Assembly (NCBI GenBank): GCA_964492615.1
Contig: CAZBKZ010000001.1
Coordinates: forward strand, 33,354-97,353
DNA: 64,000 bases
Source: an uncultured Syntrophomonadaceae bacterium
GTDB lineage: Bacteria > Bacillota > Dethiobacteria > DTU022
Direction of reading: 5' to 3'
Numbering within the stretch: position 1 is the stretch's first letter; every line of letters begins with the position of its first letter. Of the stretch, positions 7,982 through 17,633 are shown piece by piece. The notes below the pieces were generated by a model, which worked only from the letters and a program-made list of their open reading frames with translations, searched no databases and had not been told where the DNA came from. The position numbers were made by a program, and so were the translations under genes.

Positions 7982-8425
7982 CTATGATTCCTGGCAATAT
8001 ACCAACAAATCATCAGCCACCTTACTGATTGCCTCTTTTAACTCAAGTATATCAATCCATTCCTCTGGAATGCTGCGCAAACCCATGAAAGCTCCCACTA
8101 TATTTCCTGTTATTGCTCCAGTACTGTCACTATCCCCGCTATGATTGACTGAAGCTATAACAGCTTTCCTAAAATCATCTCTATGCTTTAAAGAACAATA
8201 AACTGCAATAGACAATGCCTCTTCACCAACCACTTCAACAATCAGTGCTTTCTGAAAGATTGCTCCACAGTCATAACATATTGACCTTGGTTTAAAAATT
8301 ATTTTATGACAATCATAACCGCTTTCCTCCAGGCAGATCCAATGGAAAGGCCTGTCTTCTTGATCATATACCGCCTGATCGATATGGACGCTTTGGCCAC
8401 AGGCCTTACATATCAGGTTTTCCAT
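7982..8425 (-). CDS. Hypothetical protein: N-terminal CxxC...CxxC region fused to only the C-terminal third of an ADP-ribosylglycohydrolase fold (possible gene remnant)
   Basis: ORF track 7982..8443. The C-terminus [14 protein letters not shown]...[31 protein letters not shown] matches the ARH-family C-terminal metal-binding motif (GGDxDT/S). The N-terminal two thirds of that fold are absent. The start is set at ATG 8425, with GGAGG 7 nt upstream. Confidence 0.6.
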   Translation of the reverse strand: MENLICKACGQSVHIDQAVYDQEDRPFHWICLEESGYDCHKIIFKPRSICYDCGAIFQKALIVEVVGEEALSIAVYCSLKHRDDFRKAVIASVNHSGDSDSTGAITGNIVGAFMGLRSIPEEWIDILELKEAISKVADDLLVYCQES

Positions 8426-8729
8426 TGTAACACCTCCTAGCAACTACATCGTCCCTATTTAGGAATCAATATGATATGCATTCTCAGACAAATAATATCA
8501 TATTTTAAAGTAACGATATGAATAATAGTAAATATCAATACTACAACTAATCCTATATGTAAATTAACAGTTAAAATAGAGTTTGATTACCCTTCGGTAG
8601 ACATCAAGAAGACAAACATTGAAAAAGCTGTAATAGCGAAGATAAGCAACTATTTGTCGTATAGTGTTCGTAAAAAATAATAGTTAAGGGTTTTCAAGAA
8701 CAGTAAGTTCCCGAAAACCCATTAAAAAC

Positions 8730-8806
<77 letters not shown>

Positions 8807-8835
8807 ACTACTGTACCGCTTATAACGGCAGGCTT

Positions 8836-8864
8836 ATTGTAGCACAGCAAAAACAAATTGGCAA
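8836..8864 (-). promoter_or_regulatory. Putative sigma-A promoter of tRNA-Pro
   Basis: On the minus strand, TTGCCA (8859-8864), a 17-nt spacer, then TACAAT (8836-8841). It lies about 30 nt upstream of the tRNA. Confidence 0.5.
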
Positions 8865-8998
8865 GATTAAGGGCGTAGTCCTGTGTTTATTACAGGACAG
8901 GATCACCAGGTTTATTTTTGTAACTATTTTTCAATAAATTATTTTATAGTTGAATATTTCCCAGCCAATGATTAGCAGTTAATTTTCAATGAAATATT

Positions 8999-9595
8999 TC
9001 AGCTGATAATTTTTATCAGAAGTTCACGGGCTTTTTGCATAGCCCTGGCCCTGTGGCTAACCTTATTTTTTTCCTCCGCAGTCATTTCAGCAAAAGTTAA
9101 CCCTGCCGGTTCGTAAAGAAAAAGCGGATCGTAACCAAAACCACCATCACCCCGGATTTCTTCTGTAATAAAACCAGGGCAGGTCCCTTCAACGATATAA
9201 GTCTGATCCCCGGGAACTGTGATGGCAATTACTGTTACAAACCGGGCTTTCCGTTCTTTCAGCGACAGACTCCCAAGTTCTTTTAAAAGCAAGCGGTTAT
9301 TAGCTGCATAATCACCTTCCCGGCCGGCATAGCGTGATGAGTATACACCGGGACGGCCCTCAAGAGCTTCAACCTCCAAACCCGAGTCATCAGCAAGGGC
9401 AATCTTGCCTGTATAGGCAGAAACTGCTTCTGCCTTTTTTGCTGCATTACCAGCAAAATCGGGGCAATCTTCATCCGGCATTACCAACCCCGGATAACCA
9501 CTTATCGTTATAAGCTGAACCGGTAAATCGTCCAGGATTTTTTTCAGTTCAGCTACTTTGTGCTGATTACCTGTTGCAAGGATTATTTTTTTCAT
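8999..9595 (-). CDS. rdgB: RdgB/HAM1 non-canonical purine NTP pyrophosphatase (XTP/dITP diphosphatase)
   Basis: ORF track 8999..9610. Motifs ATGNxxKxxE, DSGLEVEALxGxPGVYSSRYAG and FGYDPLF. The start is set at MKKIILATGN (9595). Confidence 0.92.
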   Translation of the reverse strand: MKKIILATGNQHKVAELKKILDDLPVQLITISGYPGLVMPDEDCPDFAGNAAKKAEAVSAYTGKIALADDSGLEVEALEGRPGVYSSRYAGREGDYAANNRLLLKELGSLSLKERKARFVTVIAITVPGDQTYIVEGTCPGFITEEIRGDGGFGYDPLFLYEPAGLTFAEMTAEEKNKVSHRARAMQKARELLIKIIS

Positions 9596-9676
9596 GGATT
9601 CAACCCCCAAATAAGGATAGACGCTGCTTTAATTTTTTAACTATAAAACAGGTAGCCATCACACTTCTAAATTGTA

Positions 9677-10423
9677 TTAATCATTCTCTATTAGATCAAT
9701 AATTTTACTGCCCAGGGCTTGTTTCTGCACGGCAGTAATCCGCTCAATTCCCAATCCGGCAAGATCAATAAAAGAGTTTAATTGATCCCGGTTAAACAAG
9801 GCCTTTTCAGCTGAGCCCTGCACTTCAACCAGCATACCCGATGCTGTCATTACTACATTCATATCGACCTCGGCAGCTGCATCTTCTTCATAAGCCAGGT
9901 CCAGAAGAGGATTACCGTTTAATATACCGACACTGACTGCCGAAAGATAATCGTGCAGGGGAAAAGCCGAAATAAGCGTTTCTCGTTTTAGTTTATATAA
10001 GGCTTCAGTCAGGGCAACATAAGCGCCGCTAATTGAAGCGGAACGCGTTCCTCCATCAGCCTGGATTACATCGCAATCGAGCCAGATTGTTCTTTCACCA
10101 AGCAGTGAGAGATCAACAACTGCGCGCAGGGAACGCCCTACCAAACGTTGTATTTCCAGGCTTCGCGAGCTGGCTTTGTTTCTTTCCCTGGAGCCCCTTA
10201 CATCTGTGGAACGTGGCAGCATGGCATATTCAGCCGTTACCCAGCCCTGCTCCATGCCTTTTAAAAAAGGCGGCACTTTTTCTTCAACCGATGCAGTACA
10301 GATCACCCTGGTATCTCCCAGCTCTATTAGGGCAGATCCTTCAGGATATTTTAGATATGAAGGAGTTATCTTTAAGGTGCGTAGTTCATTACCACTTCTA
10401 CCATCTTTTCTTGTAGCAATCAT
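9677..10423 (-). CDS. rph: Ribonuclease PH
   Basis: ORF track, 248 aa. RxDGRxxxELR, [14 protein letters not shown] and [12 protein letters not shown] are typical of RNase PH. It forms the conserved rph-rdgB pair. Confidence 0.93.
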   Translation of the reverse strand: MIATRKDGRSGNELRTLKITPSYLKYPEGSALIELGDTRVICTASVEEKVPPFLKGMEQGWVTAEYAMLPRSTDVRGSRERNKASSRSLEIQRLVGRSLRAVVDLSLLGERTIWLDCDVIQADGGTRSASISGAYVALTEALYKLKRETLISAFPLHDYLSAVSVGILNGNPLLDLAYEEDAAAEVDMNVVMTASGMLVEVQGSAEKALFNRDQLNSFIDLAGLGIERITAVQKQALGSKIIDLIEND

Positions 10424-10655
10424 TAACTATTTATCCTTTCTCTATGCTTAATTTATGTTTTTCACTATAACATAAGAAGAGACAGCTCACTCTATATTTC
10501 ACTTGCACATGATCTTTATTCCACAAAGCTTTTATCTATTCCTTTAGTTAAGATGCTTTCCGGATCATGTTATAATTATCTTAAATATCATCTCTTAGAG
10601 GAATGTTAAAGCAAGTAACGAATTATTATAACCAGCCCAACAAGGAGGTTCAATT

Positions 10656-11228
10656 ATGGATGCCAGTTTTATTCTCCCTGCTATTGTAATCTGTATAGTC
10701 GCTTATATAGTATACACCTATAACCGCCTGATCGGACTGCGTAATATGGCAGATACTACTTATGCAAATATTGACACGCTTCTGCAAAAGAGGTTTGACC
10801 TGGTCCCTAACCTGGTTAATACTGTCAAAGGATACATGAAACATGAACGGGAACTTTTAGAAGCAATCACCAGGGCCCGAACGGATTGGATAAATGCATC
10901 GAGTATAAAGGATAATGCCGGAGCCGACGATATTGCCTCAAAATCTATTAAAAGTCTCTTTGCTGTTGCTGAAAACTATCCTGAGCTCAAAGCAAATCAA
11001 AACTTTCTAATGCTGCAGGAAGAACTGGTTGGGATTGAAAATAAAATTGCTTATTCACGGCAGCGCTTTAACAGGACCATCATGGTTTACAATACTGTAA
11101 TTCAAAAAGTCCCAAATAATATCATAGCCAACCTGTTCCGTTTCAAACGCAGGGAGTTTTTTGAGGTTGAATCTGATCAGGTCCGCCAGGTTCCCGGTAT
11201 CAACATAGAAGGTGGTGACAGCAGGTAG
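10656..11228 (+). CDS. lemA: LemA family membrane protein
   Basis: ORF track, 190 aa. Single N-terminal TM followed by YNxLxxLRNxxxxxxAxIDxxLxxRxDLxPNLVxxVKGY, the LemA signature. Confidence 0.88.
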   Translation: MDASFILPAIVICIVAYIVYTYNRLIGLRNMADTTYANIDTLLQKRFDLVPNLVNTVKGYMKHERELLEAITRARTDWINASSIKDNAGADDIASKSIKSLFAVAENYPELKANQNFLMLQEELVGIENKIAYSRQRFNRTIMVYNTVIQKVPNNIIANLFRFKRREFFEVESDQVRQVPGINIEGGDSR

Positions 11229-12130
11229 TGGATCCCATATACGGGCGAATTGCCTCTAATAAAAGAAAAACCTTTTTCCTCTTTTTCCTCTACGCTGTAC
11301 TGTTTGCCGCTATAGGATATTTTGCCGGACTTTACATCGGCTCAACCATTTTAGGCATGGTTATAGCCGGTATAATATTTATAATACTCTTTCTTGTCAG
11401 TTATCTGGGCGGCCAGGGAGTTGTAACCTCAATGGCAGGCGCTCGCGAGGTATCAAAGCAGGAAGAACCCTTCCTTTACAATACCGTTGAAGGCTTAAGC
11501 ATGGCTGCGGGAAAACCGATGCCCAAGCTTTACATTATTGAATCGGAAGTGCCTAACGCTTTTGCTGCAGGCAGAAATCCTGAACATGCTGTAATAGGAG
11601 TTACCAGGGGTCTGTTGAAACGTCTTAATCGCCAGGAAATTGAAGGGGTAATTGCCCATGAAATGGCTCATATTAATAATTATGATGTCTTACTGGCCAC
11701 CGTTGCTGTGGTTCTGGCCGGCACCATTGTTTTCCTGGCTACAATAGCCCGCAGGTCTGTTTTCTTCGGCGGGCTTGGAGGCGGCCGCAGAAATAACCAG
11801 GGCCAGTTAATAGCTTTTATTGTTTTCCTGGTGGTAGCCATTCTCGCCCCGATCTTCGCTCAGCTGCTCAAATTTGCAATATCGAGACAACGCGAGTACC
11901 TGGCGGATGCCACCGCAGCCGATTTCACCGGTTACCCCGAAGGGCTGGCCAGTGCTTTAGAAAAAATAACCGATATGCAGGTTCCAAAAAGTAAGCTGGA
12001 AAATAATGCTATTAACGGCCTTTACATCGTTAACCCTGCCCTGGGTGCAAAAGCTGTAAATAAAGCAAGCACTTTATTTTCTACGCATCCTCCGGCTGAA
12101 GAAAGAATCAAACGCTTAAGGGCCATGTAA
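11228..12130 (+). CDS. htpX: M48-family zinc metalloprotease, HtpX-like
   Basis: ORF track, 300 aa. The GTG start overlaps the lemA stop. HEMAHINNYD (HExxH) is present within a 4-TM topology. This is the conserved lemA-htpX pairing. Confidence 0.85.
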   Translation: MDPIYGRIASNKRKTFFLFFLYAVLFAAIGYFAGLYIGSTILGMVIAGIIFIILFLVSYLGGQGVVTSMAGAREVSKQEEPFLYNTVEGLSMAAGKPMPKLYIIESEVPNAFAAGRNPEHAVIGVTRGLLKRLNRQEIEGVIAHEMAHINNYDVLLATVAVVLAGTIVFLATIARRSVFFGGLGGGRRNNQGQLIAFIVFLVVAILAPIFAQLLKFAISRQREYLADATAADFTGYPEGLASALEKITDMQVPKSKLENNAINGLYIVNPALGAKAVNKASTLFSTHPPAEERIKRLRAM

Positions 12131-12175
12131 ACAGTTAGATGATTTTTAATGGAATTCGCTAACAAGGCCTGCCGG

Positions 12176-13000
12176 TTACAGGTTAACCTGGTAGGCTTTT
12201 ATACTGCGGTGCAGTAATTTTGAGCCCACTTCTTCGAACGACGCTGGAGCGCCACTTACAAAAAAGCGGTAACGCGGCGCTTCGCTGTTAAGGGGATTGC
12301 CCATTTTATTTTTTTTTAGTATAACGTCAACATCTGCAGCAATTTCTTCGGCCGAATTGATCAGTCGCACTGAGGGACCAATAACACCCTGAATTAAGTT
12401 GGTCATCAGGGGATAATGAGTACAACCAAGAATCAGGGTGTCAATTTCTTCTTTTACCAGGGGATCAAGGTATTCATGGGCTACTTGCCTTGCTTCTGGG
12501 GTTTCCACCAGGTTGTTCTCGACCAATAAAACAAAAAGAGGGCAGGCTTTACTTACTATATGCAGTTCGCCATTATGACTGTGTAAAGTTTTTTCATACT
12601 CACAGCTGTTAATTGTTCCGCTTGTGCCGATTACACCGATCTTTTTACTTTTACTCTGCTTCAACGCAGCCTTGACCCCGGGCTCGATTACGCCCATAAT
12701 AGGCAGAGCAATTCTTTCCTGGTAGTGTGACAGCCCTGCAGCTGTGGCAGAATTACAGGCCACAACCAGCATTTTTATTTCCTGGTGGCGCAGAAATTCT
12801 ATAATCTCAAAAACAAAACCCCGCACTTCTTCATAAGAACGGGGACCGTAAGGCATACGTGCTGTATCGCCAAAATATATTATGCTTTCGTGCGGCAGCA
12901 ACCTGGTGATCTCCTTTACAACTGTCAGACCACCAACTCCTGAATCGATTACTCCAATAGCCCTGTGAGCATTAATAATTTGCTCATTCGATAAGCTCAT
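12176..13000 (-). CDS. murI: Glutamate racemase
   Basis: ORF track, 274 aa. Motifs GVIDSGVGGLTV, FGDTARMPYG, VVACNSATA and LGCTHYPL. Confidence 0.93.
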   Translation of the reverse strand: MSLSNEQIINAHRAIGVIDSGVGGLTVVKEITRLLPHESIIYFGDTARMPYGPRSYEEVRGFVFEIIEFLRHQEIKMLVVACNSATAAGLSHYQERIALPIMGVIEPGVKAALKQSKSKKIGVIGTSGTINSCEYEKTLHSHNGELHIVSKACPLFVLLVENNLVETPEARQVAHEYLDPLVKEEIDTLILGCTHYPLMTNLIQGVIGPSVRLINSAEEIAADVDVILKKNKMGNPLNSEAPRYRFFVSGAPASFEEVGSKLLHRSIKAYQVNL

Positions 13001-13002
13001 TT

Positions 13003-13524
13003 TTACTTCGCCTTCATTCTCTTAAAATATCCACCCATAGTCTGGCGGGTATCAAACACTGTGATAAACGCTTCTGGCTCATGCTCCCGTAATGTTTTCA
13101 TCACAGCGGGAAGTTCCTTTCGCTTAACTATTAAATTGAGGGTCTGGTGTTCGCCTTCTCTCCCATAACAGGGCATAGAGGTTACCCCAAAACCGAAATC
13201 ACGCAGTATATGTTCCAGCTCTCCCCCATTTTGATGGGTCACAACCTGGACGTTAACAATACCGATAGCGATTTTTTCTTCGATCTTGGTTCCAACGATA
13301 TTTCCAGTTGCATAACCTAAACCGTAAACAAGTATGTTTGTCCAGTTATCAATATTACTGAGAACCATATTCAACGCAATCAGGTAAATAATGATTTCAA
13401 AAAAGCCGATAAGCGCAGCTGGAATACTCCTTCCCCTGGTAAGAAAAATTATTCTCAATGTACCCAGGCTTACATGGGCAATTTTAGCGACGAATATAGT
13501 CAATAACGTTAAAATTACTTCCAT
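13003..13524 (-). CDS. UPF0316/DUF2179 family membrane protein
   Basis: ORF track 13003..13605. The N-terminal TM segments with SLGTLRIIFLTRG and the C-terminal DUF2179-like domain fit the family. The start is moved to MEVILTLL (13524), which has GGAGG 8 nt upstream. Confidence 0.75.
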   Translation of the reverse strand: MEVILTLLTIFVAKIAHVSLGTLRIIFLTRGRSIPAALIGFFEIIIYLIALNMVLSNIDNWTNILVYGLGYATGNIVGTKIEEKIAIGIVNVQVVTHQNGGELEHILRDFGFGVTSMPCYGREGEHQTLNLIVKRKELPAVMKTLREHEPEAFITVFDTRQTMGGYFKRMKAK

Positions 13525-13612
13525 TAGAATAACCTCCAATAACCTTCTAAAAACCTCATTATGAATATCAGAACATATTGTAACAATCCACCTCTTACCT
13601 GTCAATCAAAGG

Positions 13613-13642
13613 GCATAAAAAAAACGGCAGTTTCCTGCCGTT
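13613..13642 (-). terminator. Rho-independent terminator of codY
   Basis: On the minus strand, aacggcag-gaaa-ctgccgtt followed by T8. It lies 23 nt after the codY stop. Confidence 0.85.
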
Positions 13643-13664
13643 AAGATAAGTTACAAGTAATTAA

Positions 13665-14468
13665 TTAAACAAAGGGGTTCATCCTTGAAGAACGGGAAGA
13701 GATAATTTCCAGGGCTTGCGGATTCTTGACCCTGATAAATGTTCCCTTCATTCCAAGGGATCTTGATTCAATTATTCCCGCACTTTCAAACTTACGCAGG
13801 GCATTAACAATTACCGAGCGGGTTATTCCAAGCCGATCGGCAATTTTACTGGCAACCACTACACTTTCCTGATTGTCGATATTCTTTAATATTTCGTTAA
13901 TTGCTTCAACTTCCGAGTAAGAAAGACTATCAAAAGCAGCTTCCGCGAGATTCCTGTTTCTGAATTCAGCATCTTGCTTTTCATCAGCTGACCTCCCCAG
14001 GGCCATAGCCAACAGCATAACACCAATTTCTGCCGCAAGTATCTGGGGATTGGTCAATTTCTGGGCAGTAATCAAGAGTAAGCTGACTGCCGACTTATGC
14101 TTTCCGGGAATCAGGAATACTGAGAAATAAAGATCTTCGTTTTCAGCCTGCCTGTTCTTCGTTTCTTTCATGTTCTCGTCAGACGGGTAGGTTTGATTGT
14201 AAAGAGACTCTCCTGCCTTTAAAAATGACATGACACCGCTGTCATCAGTTACAGAATTCATAACCGAGTATCTTTCCGGCTTTTTACCTGCCTTTGAACT
14301 GAGGTAACCTTCTAGCACCTTTCCGTTTCTCTCAAGCAGCAAAGCGGCAGAGCAGGTGATATCGGCCAGGTGCTTAAGAGTATCTGTTTGACCGGGAAAC
14401 CTGCCTTCTGGGCTGAATAAAACATGGTTCATCACGTTAATCTGTTCTTTATATTTTTTCTCAATCAT
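13665..14468 (-). CDS. codY: GTP-sensing pleiotropic transcriptional regulator CodY
   Basis: ORF track 13665..14519. The C-terminal w[45 protein letters not shown] is diagnostic for CodY. The start is set at MIEKKYK (14468), with GGAGG 8 nt upstream. Confidence 0.88.
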   Translation of the reverse strand: MIEKKYKEQINVMNHVLFSPEGRFPGQTDTLKHLADITCSAALLLERNGKVLEGYLSSKAGKKPERYSVMNSVTDDSGVMSFLKAGESLYNQTYPSDENMKETKNRQAENEDLYFSVFLIPGKHKSAVSLLLITAQKLTNPQILAAEIGVMLLAMALGRSADEKQDAEFRNRNLAEAAFDSLSYSEVEAINEILKNIDNQESVVVASKIADRLGITRSVIVNALRKFESAGIIESRSLGMKGTFIRVKNPQALEIISSRSSRMNPFV

Positions 14469-14574
14469 CTGCCATGCCTCCTTTGCCCTCTTTATATTAC
14501 ATAATATTGTGTATGTCAATAATATTCTAATATTTACAAAACCAGATAATCATTCTCAACATGTTTTAATTTTA

Positions 14575-15789
14575 TTAATATGTTCTTTTGAAAAGATAGT
14601 CGGCAAGCCTGTAAACTTCCTTCAACGGGATACCGGCTTTTATGGCTATTTGCCGGCAGTCTTCATATTCAGGGGCAAATTGCAGCGGAGCTTTTTCTCC
14701 CTCAACTGGCAAATATTTAATCCTGATAGGACCCCATTCAGTCTGAACTATCCTGGTTTCGCGCCTGCACACTACCTTCTTGGCACTTGATACCCGTAAC
14801 CCAAGTGTAGAAGATTCGGCAAAAATTATTTTCTGCAATTCTTTAACCTTGTCATTCGAGGAGATAACAGAAAGCTGTACAGCCGGGCGGTTTTTTTTCA
14901 TTTGGATTGGTGTAAAAAATACATCAGCTGCACCTGCTTCAAATAAACGCTCCATTAGGTATCCATATATCTCAGGATTAAGATCATCTATATTTGTTTC
15001 GATCATGCTGATCTTTTCATGATGAACTGAAATTTCAGGGATGCAGCGTCCCCAGATTACGCGCAAGCAATTCGGGTAGCCGGGATCATATGTTCCCGCT
15101 CCATAGCCTATTTTCTCAGGATACATATCAGGCAGTGAGCCAAAAGAGTCAGCGAGTGCGGTTACTATCGCCGCCCCGGTTGGCGTTACCAGCTCATACC
15201 CGACATCGACACCGTATATCGGTGCCTGACGTCCGGCAATCAGGGATAACGTGGCCGGAGCAGGCAGGGGCAGTTTGCCATGCGCACTCTGCACCTCACC
15301 GCGGCCCAGGGGCAGGGGAGAGCATATGATCTGATCAACACCCAGCAAATATAAAGCAGCAGCTGTTCCCACAATATCAATAAGAGCATCAACAGCACCC
15401 ACTTCGTGAAAATGCACCTTCTCGATTGTAGTCCCGTGTACCTTAGCTTCGGCTTCAGCAAGGTGCTGAAAAACAAGGCGGCTGTTTTCTTTCACTGCAT
15501 CAGGCAGAGCTGACTGATCAATAATAGCAATAACATCGGAAAGGTGCCTGCTCACAGGCTCAGAGTCACCGGTTTCAACAAGCATTTTTGTTGCCGTTAT
15601 ACCTCTTCTGTTAACCTTTTCCACTTTAAGCACATATCCGGTCAACCTGAGAGAAGCAAGCATTTCTTCAAAGCAATCATGATCAATTCCAAGATCAAGC
15701 AACGCCCCCACAGTCATATCGCCACTAATTCCGCTATAACAGTCTAAATATAGCACATGTCCTCCACCAGACTCCGTGTATCCACTCAT
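14575..15789 (-). CDS. larC: Nickel-pincer cofactor biosynthesis protein LarC (DUF111 nickel insertion protein)
   Basis: ORF track, 404 aa. Motifs LYLDCYSGISGDM and HFHEVGAVDALIDIVG. The ATGA start/stop overlap with larB suggests translational coupling. Confidence 0.88.
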   Translation of the reverse strand: MSGYTESGGGHVLYLDCYSGISGDMTVGALLDLGIDHDCFEEMLASLRLTGYVLKVEKVNRRGITATKMLVETGDSEPVSRHLSDVIAIIDQSALPDAVKENSRLVFQHLAEAEAKVHGTTIEKVHFHEVGAVDALIDIVGTAAALYLLGVDQIICSPLPLGRGEVQSAHGKLPLPAPATLSLIAGRQAPIYGVDVGYELVTPTGAAIVTALADSFGSLPDMYPEKIGYGAGTYDPGYPNCLRVIWGRCIPEISVHHEKISMIETNIDDLNPEIYGYLMERLFEAGAADVFFTPIQMKKNRPAVQLSVISSNDKVKELQKIIFAESSTLGLRVSSAKKVVCRRETRIVQTEWGPIRIKYLPVEGEKAPLQFAPEYEDCRQIAIKAGIPLKEVYRLADYLFKRTY

Positions 15790-16484
15790 AGTTTAGGATT
15801 TTCCCCCACTTGATTGATCAAGGCTGCCATATGCCCGGCACCATAACCATTATCGATATTAACTACCGCAACACCGGACGCACAACTGTTCAGCATGGTG
15901 AGCAGTGGAGCCAGCCCGTTAAAATGCGCACCGTAACCAATACTTGTAGGAACTGCAATAACCGGACAGCGGGCTAATCCTCCAACAACGCTGGGCAGAG
16001 CTCCTTCCATTCCTGCTACCACTACAATTACCCGGGCTCTTTCAATAACATCCAGGTTATCAATTAAACGATGTATACCGGCTACTCCAACATCATATAG
16101 CTTTTCAACCTTACTGCCGATCAGGGAAGCAGTAAGAGCGGCTTCTTCGGCAACAGGAATATCTGCTGTGCCGGCCGAAATAATAGCAACCAACCCAAAT
16201 AACTCTTTATCCTCTGCATTTTCCAACACTATTGCTTTTGCTTCCCGGTGGTATTTCACATCCGGAATTTTTTCTTTTACCGCCTCGAATATTTCCGGTT
16301 CAGCGCGAGTAGCCAGAACGGTGTCTCCGGTTGCAGAAAGACTGGTAAAAATAGAAACAACCTGATTGGCGCTTTTCCCCTGGCAAAATATAACCTCCGG
16401 GAACCCGCGACGCAGGTGCCGATGATGATCTACCCTGGCAAACCCAAGATTCTCATAAGGTAGCATACTTAATTTATTTAACAC
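15786..16484 (-). CDS. larB: Nickel-pincer cofactor biosynthesis protein LarB (PurE-like carboxylase/hydrolase). Coordinates are the minimal ORF; the true N-terminus probably extends to about 16550.
   Basis: ORF track (GTG 16484). Motifs GFARVDHHRHLRRGFPEVIFCQGK and VVVAGMEGALPSVVGG. The upstream in-frame stretch (I)NDQKLLELLKAVQRGALAPED resembles the conserved LarB N-terminal helix but contains no ATG/GTG/TTG (see findings). Confidence 0.85.
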   Translation of the reverse strand: MLNKLSMLPYENLGFARVDHHRHLRRGFPEVIFCQGKSANQVVSIFTSLSATGDTVLATRAEPEIFEAVKEKIPDVKYHREAKAIVLENAEDKELFGLVAIISAGTADIPVAEEAALTASLIGSKVEKLYDVGVAGIHRLIDNLDVIERARVIVVVAGMEGALPSVVGGLARCPVIAVPTSIGYGAHFNGLAPLLTMLNSCASGVAVVNIDNGYGAGHMAALINQVGENPKL

Positions 16485-16764
16485 ATCTTCAGGAGCAAGA
16501 GCACCCCTCTGAACCGCTTTTAAAAGCTCCAGTAACTTTTGATCATTAATAGCCGGACAACCCCTTTCATTGTTCCAATTCAGTTTTGCCTGGCATCCTT
16601 TAAGCAGAAATAAATGGGTAAAAAACAGATCAGTATTGTAAAAATTATATCATATCCTTAACGTTAACCTGTAAGGAATAGGCTGAAGTACAAATAGTTA
16701 AACTAGTTTGCAGGATTAAATTTTACAACAGATAACTGTAGGAGATACGCGGGTACTTTATTAG

Positions 16765-16798
16765 TAATTAGTAAAGGCACTGCCATTCAGGCAGTGCC
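16765..16798 (-). terminator. Terminator of the hdr-flx operon
   Basis: Stem ggcactgcc / ggcagtgcc (16776-16784 / 16790-16798) with a 5-nt loop. It starts 8 nt after the flxA-like stop and is followed by a T-rich tail on the minus strand. Confidence 0.65.
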
Positions 16799-16805
16799 CT
16801 GAAAA

Positions 16806-17633
16806 CTAGTATTCGCCGGGAAGTTGATTGAGTTCAGCCAGCGTAAAGACAGGTCCGTCTTTGCAAACATATACCGGACCCAGGTTACAGCGACCACACT
16901 TGCCTACTCCGCATTTCATCCGCATTTCCAGGGTAGTAATGATCTGTTCAGGAGTAAAGTTGAGTTCTTCAAGAGCCTTGAGAACAAACTTGATCATAAT
17001 TGGCGGACCACAGGTTACAGCAATTTTGTTATCTGGTTTAAAAGCCAGTTCTGTTACATAACTGGGAACAAAACCAACATGACCTTTCCAATCTGGAAAC
17101 TCTGCATCAACAGTTAGGTGCACATCAGTATTGGGCTGTTCGGCCCAGGTTTCTCCGACTTCGCTTTTGCGGATTAGGTCGGCCGGACTGCGAGCTCCGT
17201 AAACTATATCAATTTTTCCGTATTCAATACGGTTATCAAAACAGTAACCTATCAGCGAACGTAAGGGTGCAAGGCCTATACCGCCGCCGATAAAAAGCAA
17301 ATCTTTCCCCTTCATCGCCTCTACCGGAAACCCGTTTCCATAAGGGCCCCTGATCCCAATTTTCTGGCCTGGTTCCAGCGAATGCAGGTAATTCGAAACT
17401 TTTCCCACATTCTTTATGCTGAACTCTAAACATTCGCGGCAGGTAGGTGAAGAAGTAATCGAAAATATTGCCTCACCTACAGGCGGCACCGACAGCATTG
17501 CACACTGGCCAGGAAGAAAATCAAAGGGCAACCCGTCACTTCCGACAACACGAAGAGTATTAATATCGGGAGTCTCACTGGTTATATCCATTATGGTTAC
17601 CGCCTGGGGCAACAAAGAATTAACGTTGCTCAA
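16806..17633 (-). CDS. FlxA-like FAD/NAD(P)H-binding oxidoreductase with a C-terminal 2Fe-2S site (sulfhydrogenase gamma / AsrB-like)
   Basis: ORF track 16806..17648. Ferredoxin-reductase-type fold (LLFIGGGIGLAPLRS) and C-terminal CGVGKCGRC...C. The probable start is TTG 17633, 8 nt after GGAGG. Confidence 0.8.
   Translation of the reverse strand: MSNVNSLLPQAVTIMDITSETPDINTLRVVGSDGLPFDFLPGQCAMLSVPPVGEAIFSITSSPTCRECLEFSIKNVGKVSNYLHSLEPGQKIGIRGPYGNGFPVEAMKGKDLLFIGGGIGLAPLRSLIGYCFDNRIEYGKIDIVYGARSPADLIRKSEVGETWAEQPNTDVHLTVDAEFPDWKGHVGFVPSYVTELAFKPDNKIAVTCGPPIMIKFVLKALEELNFTPEQIITTLEMRMKCGVGKCGRCNLGPVYVCKDGPVFTLAELNQLPGEY

Noticed and set aside
8975-8998. AATTTTCAATGAAATATTTCA just after the rdgB stop, considered as a CodY box (AATTTTCWGAAAATT).
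   Set aside because: It contains an extra base and mismatches in the right half. It also lies downstream of a gene rather than in a promoter. Chance occurrence in AT-rich DNA is likely.
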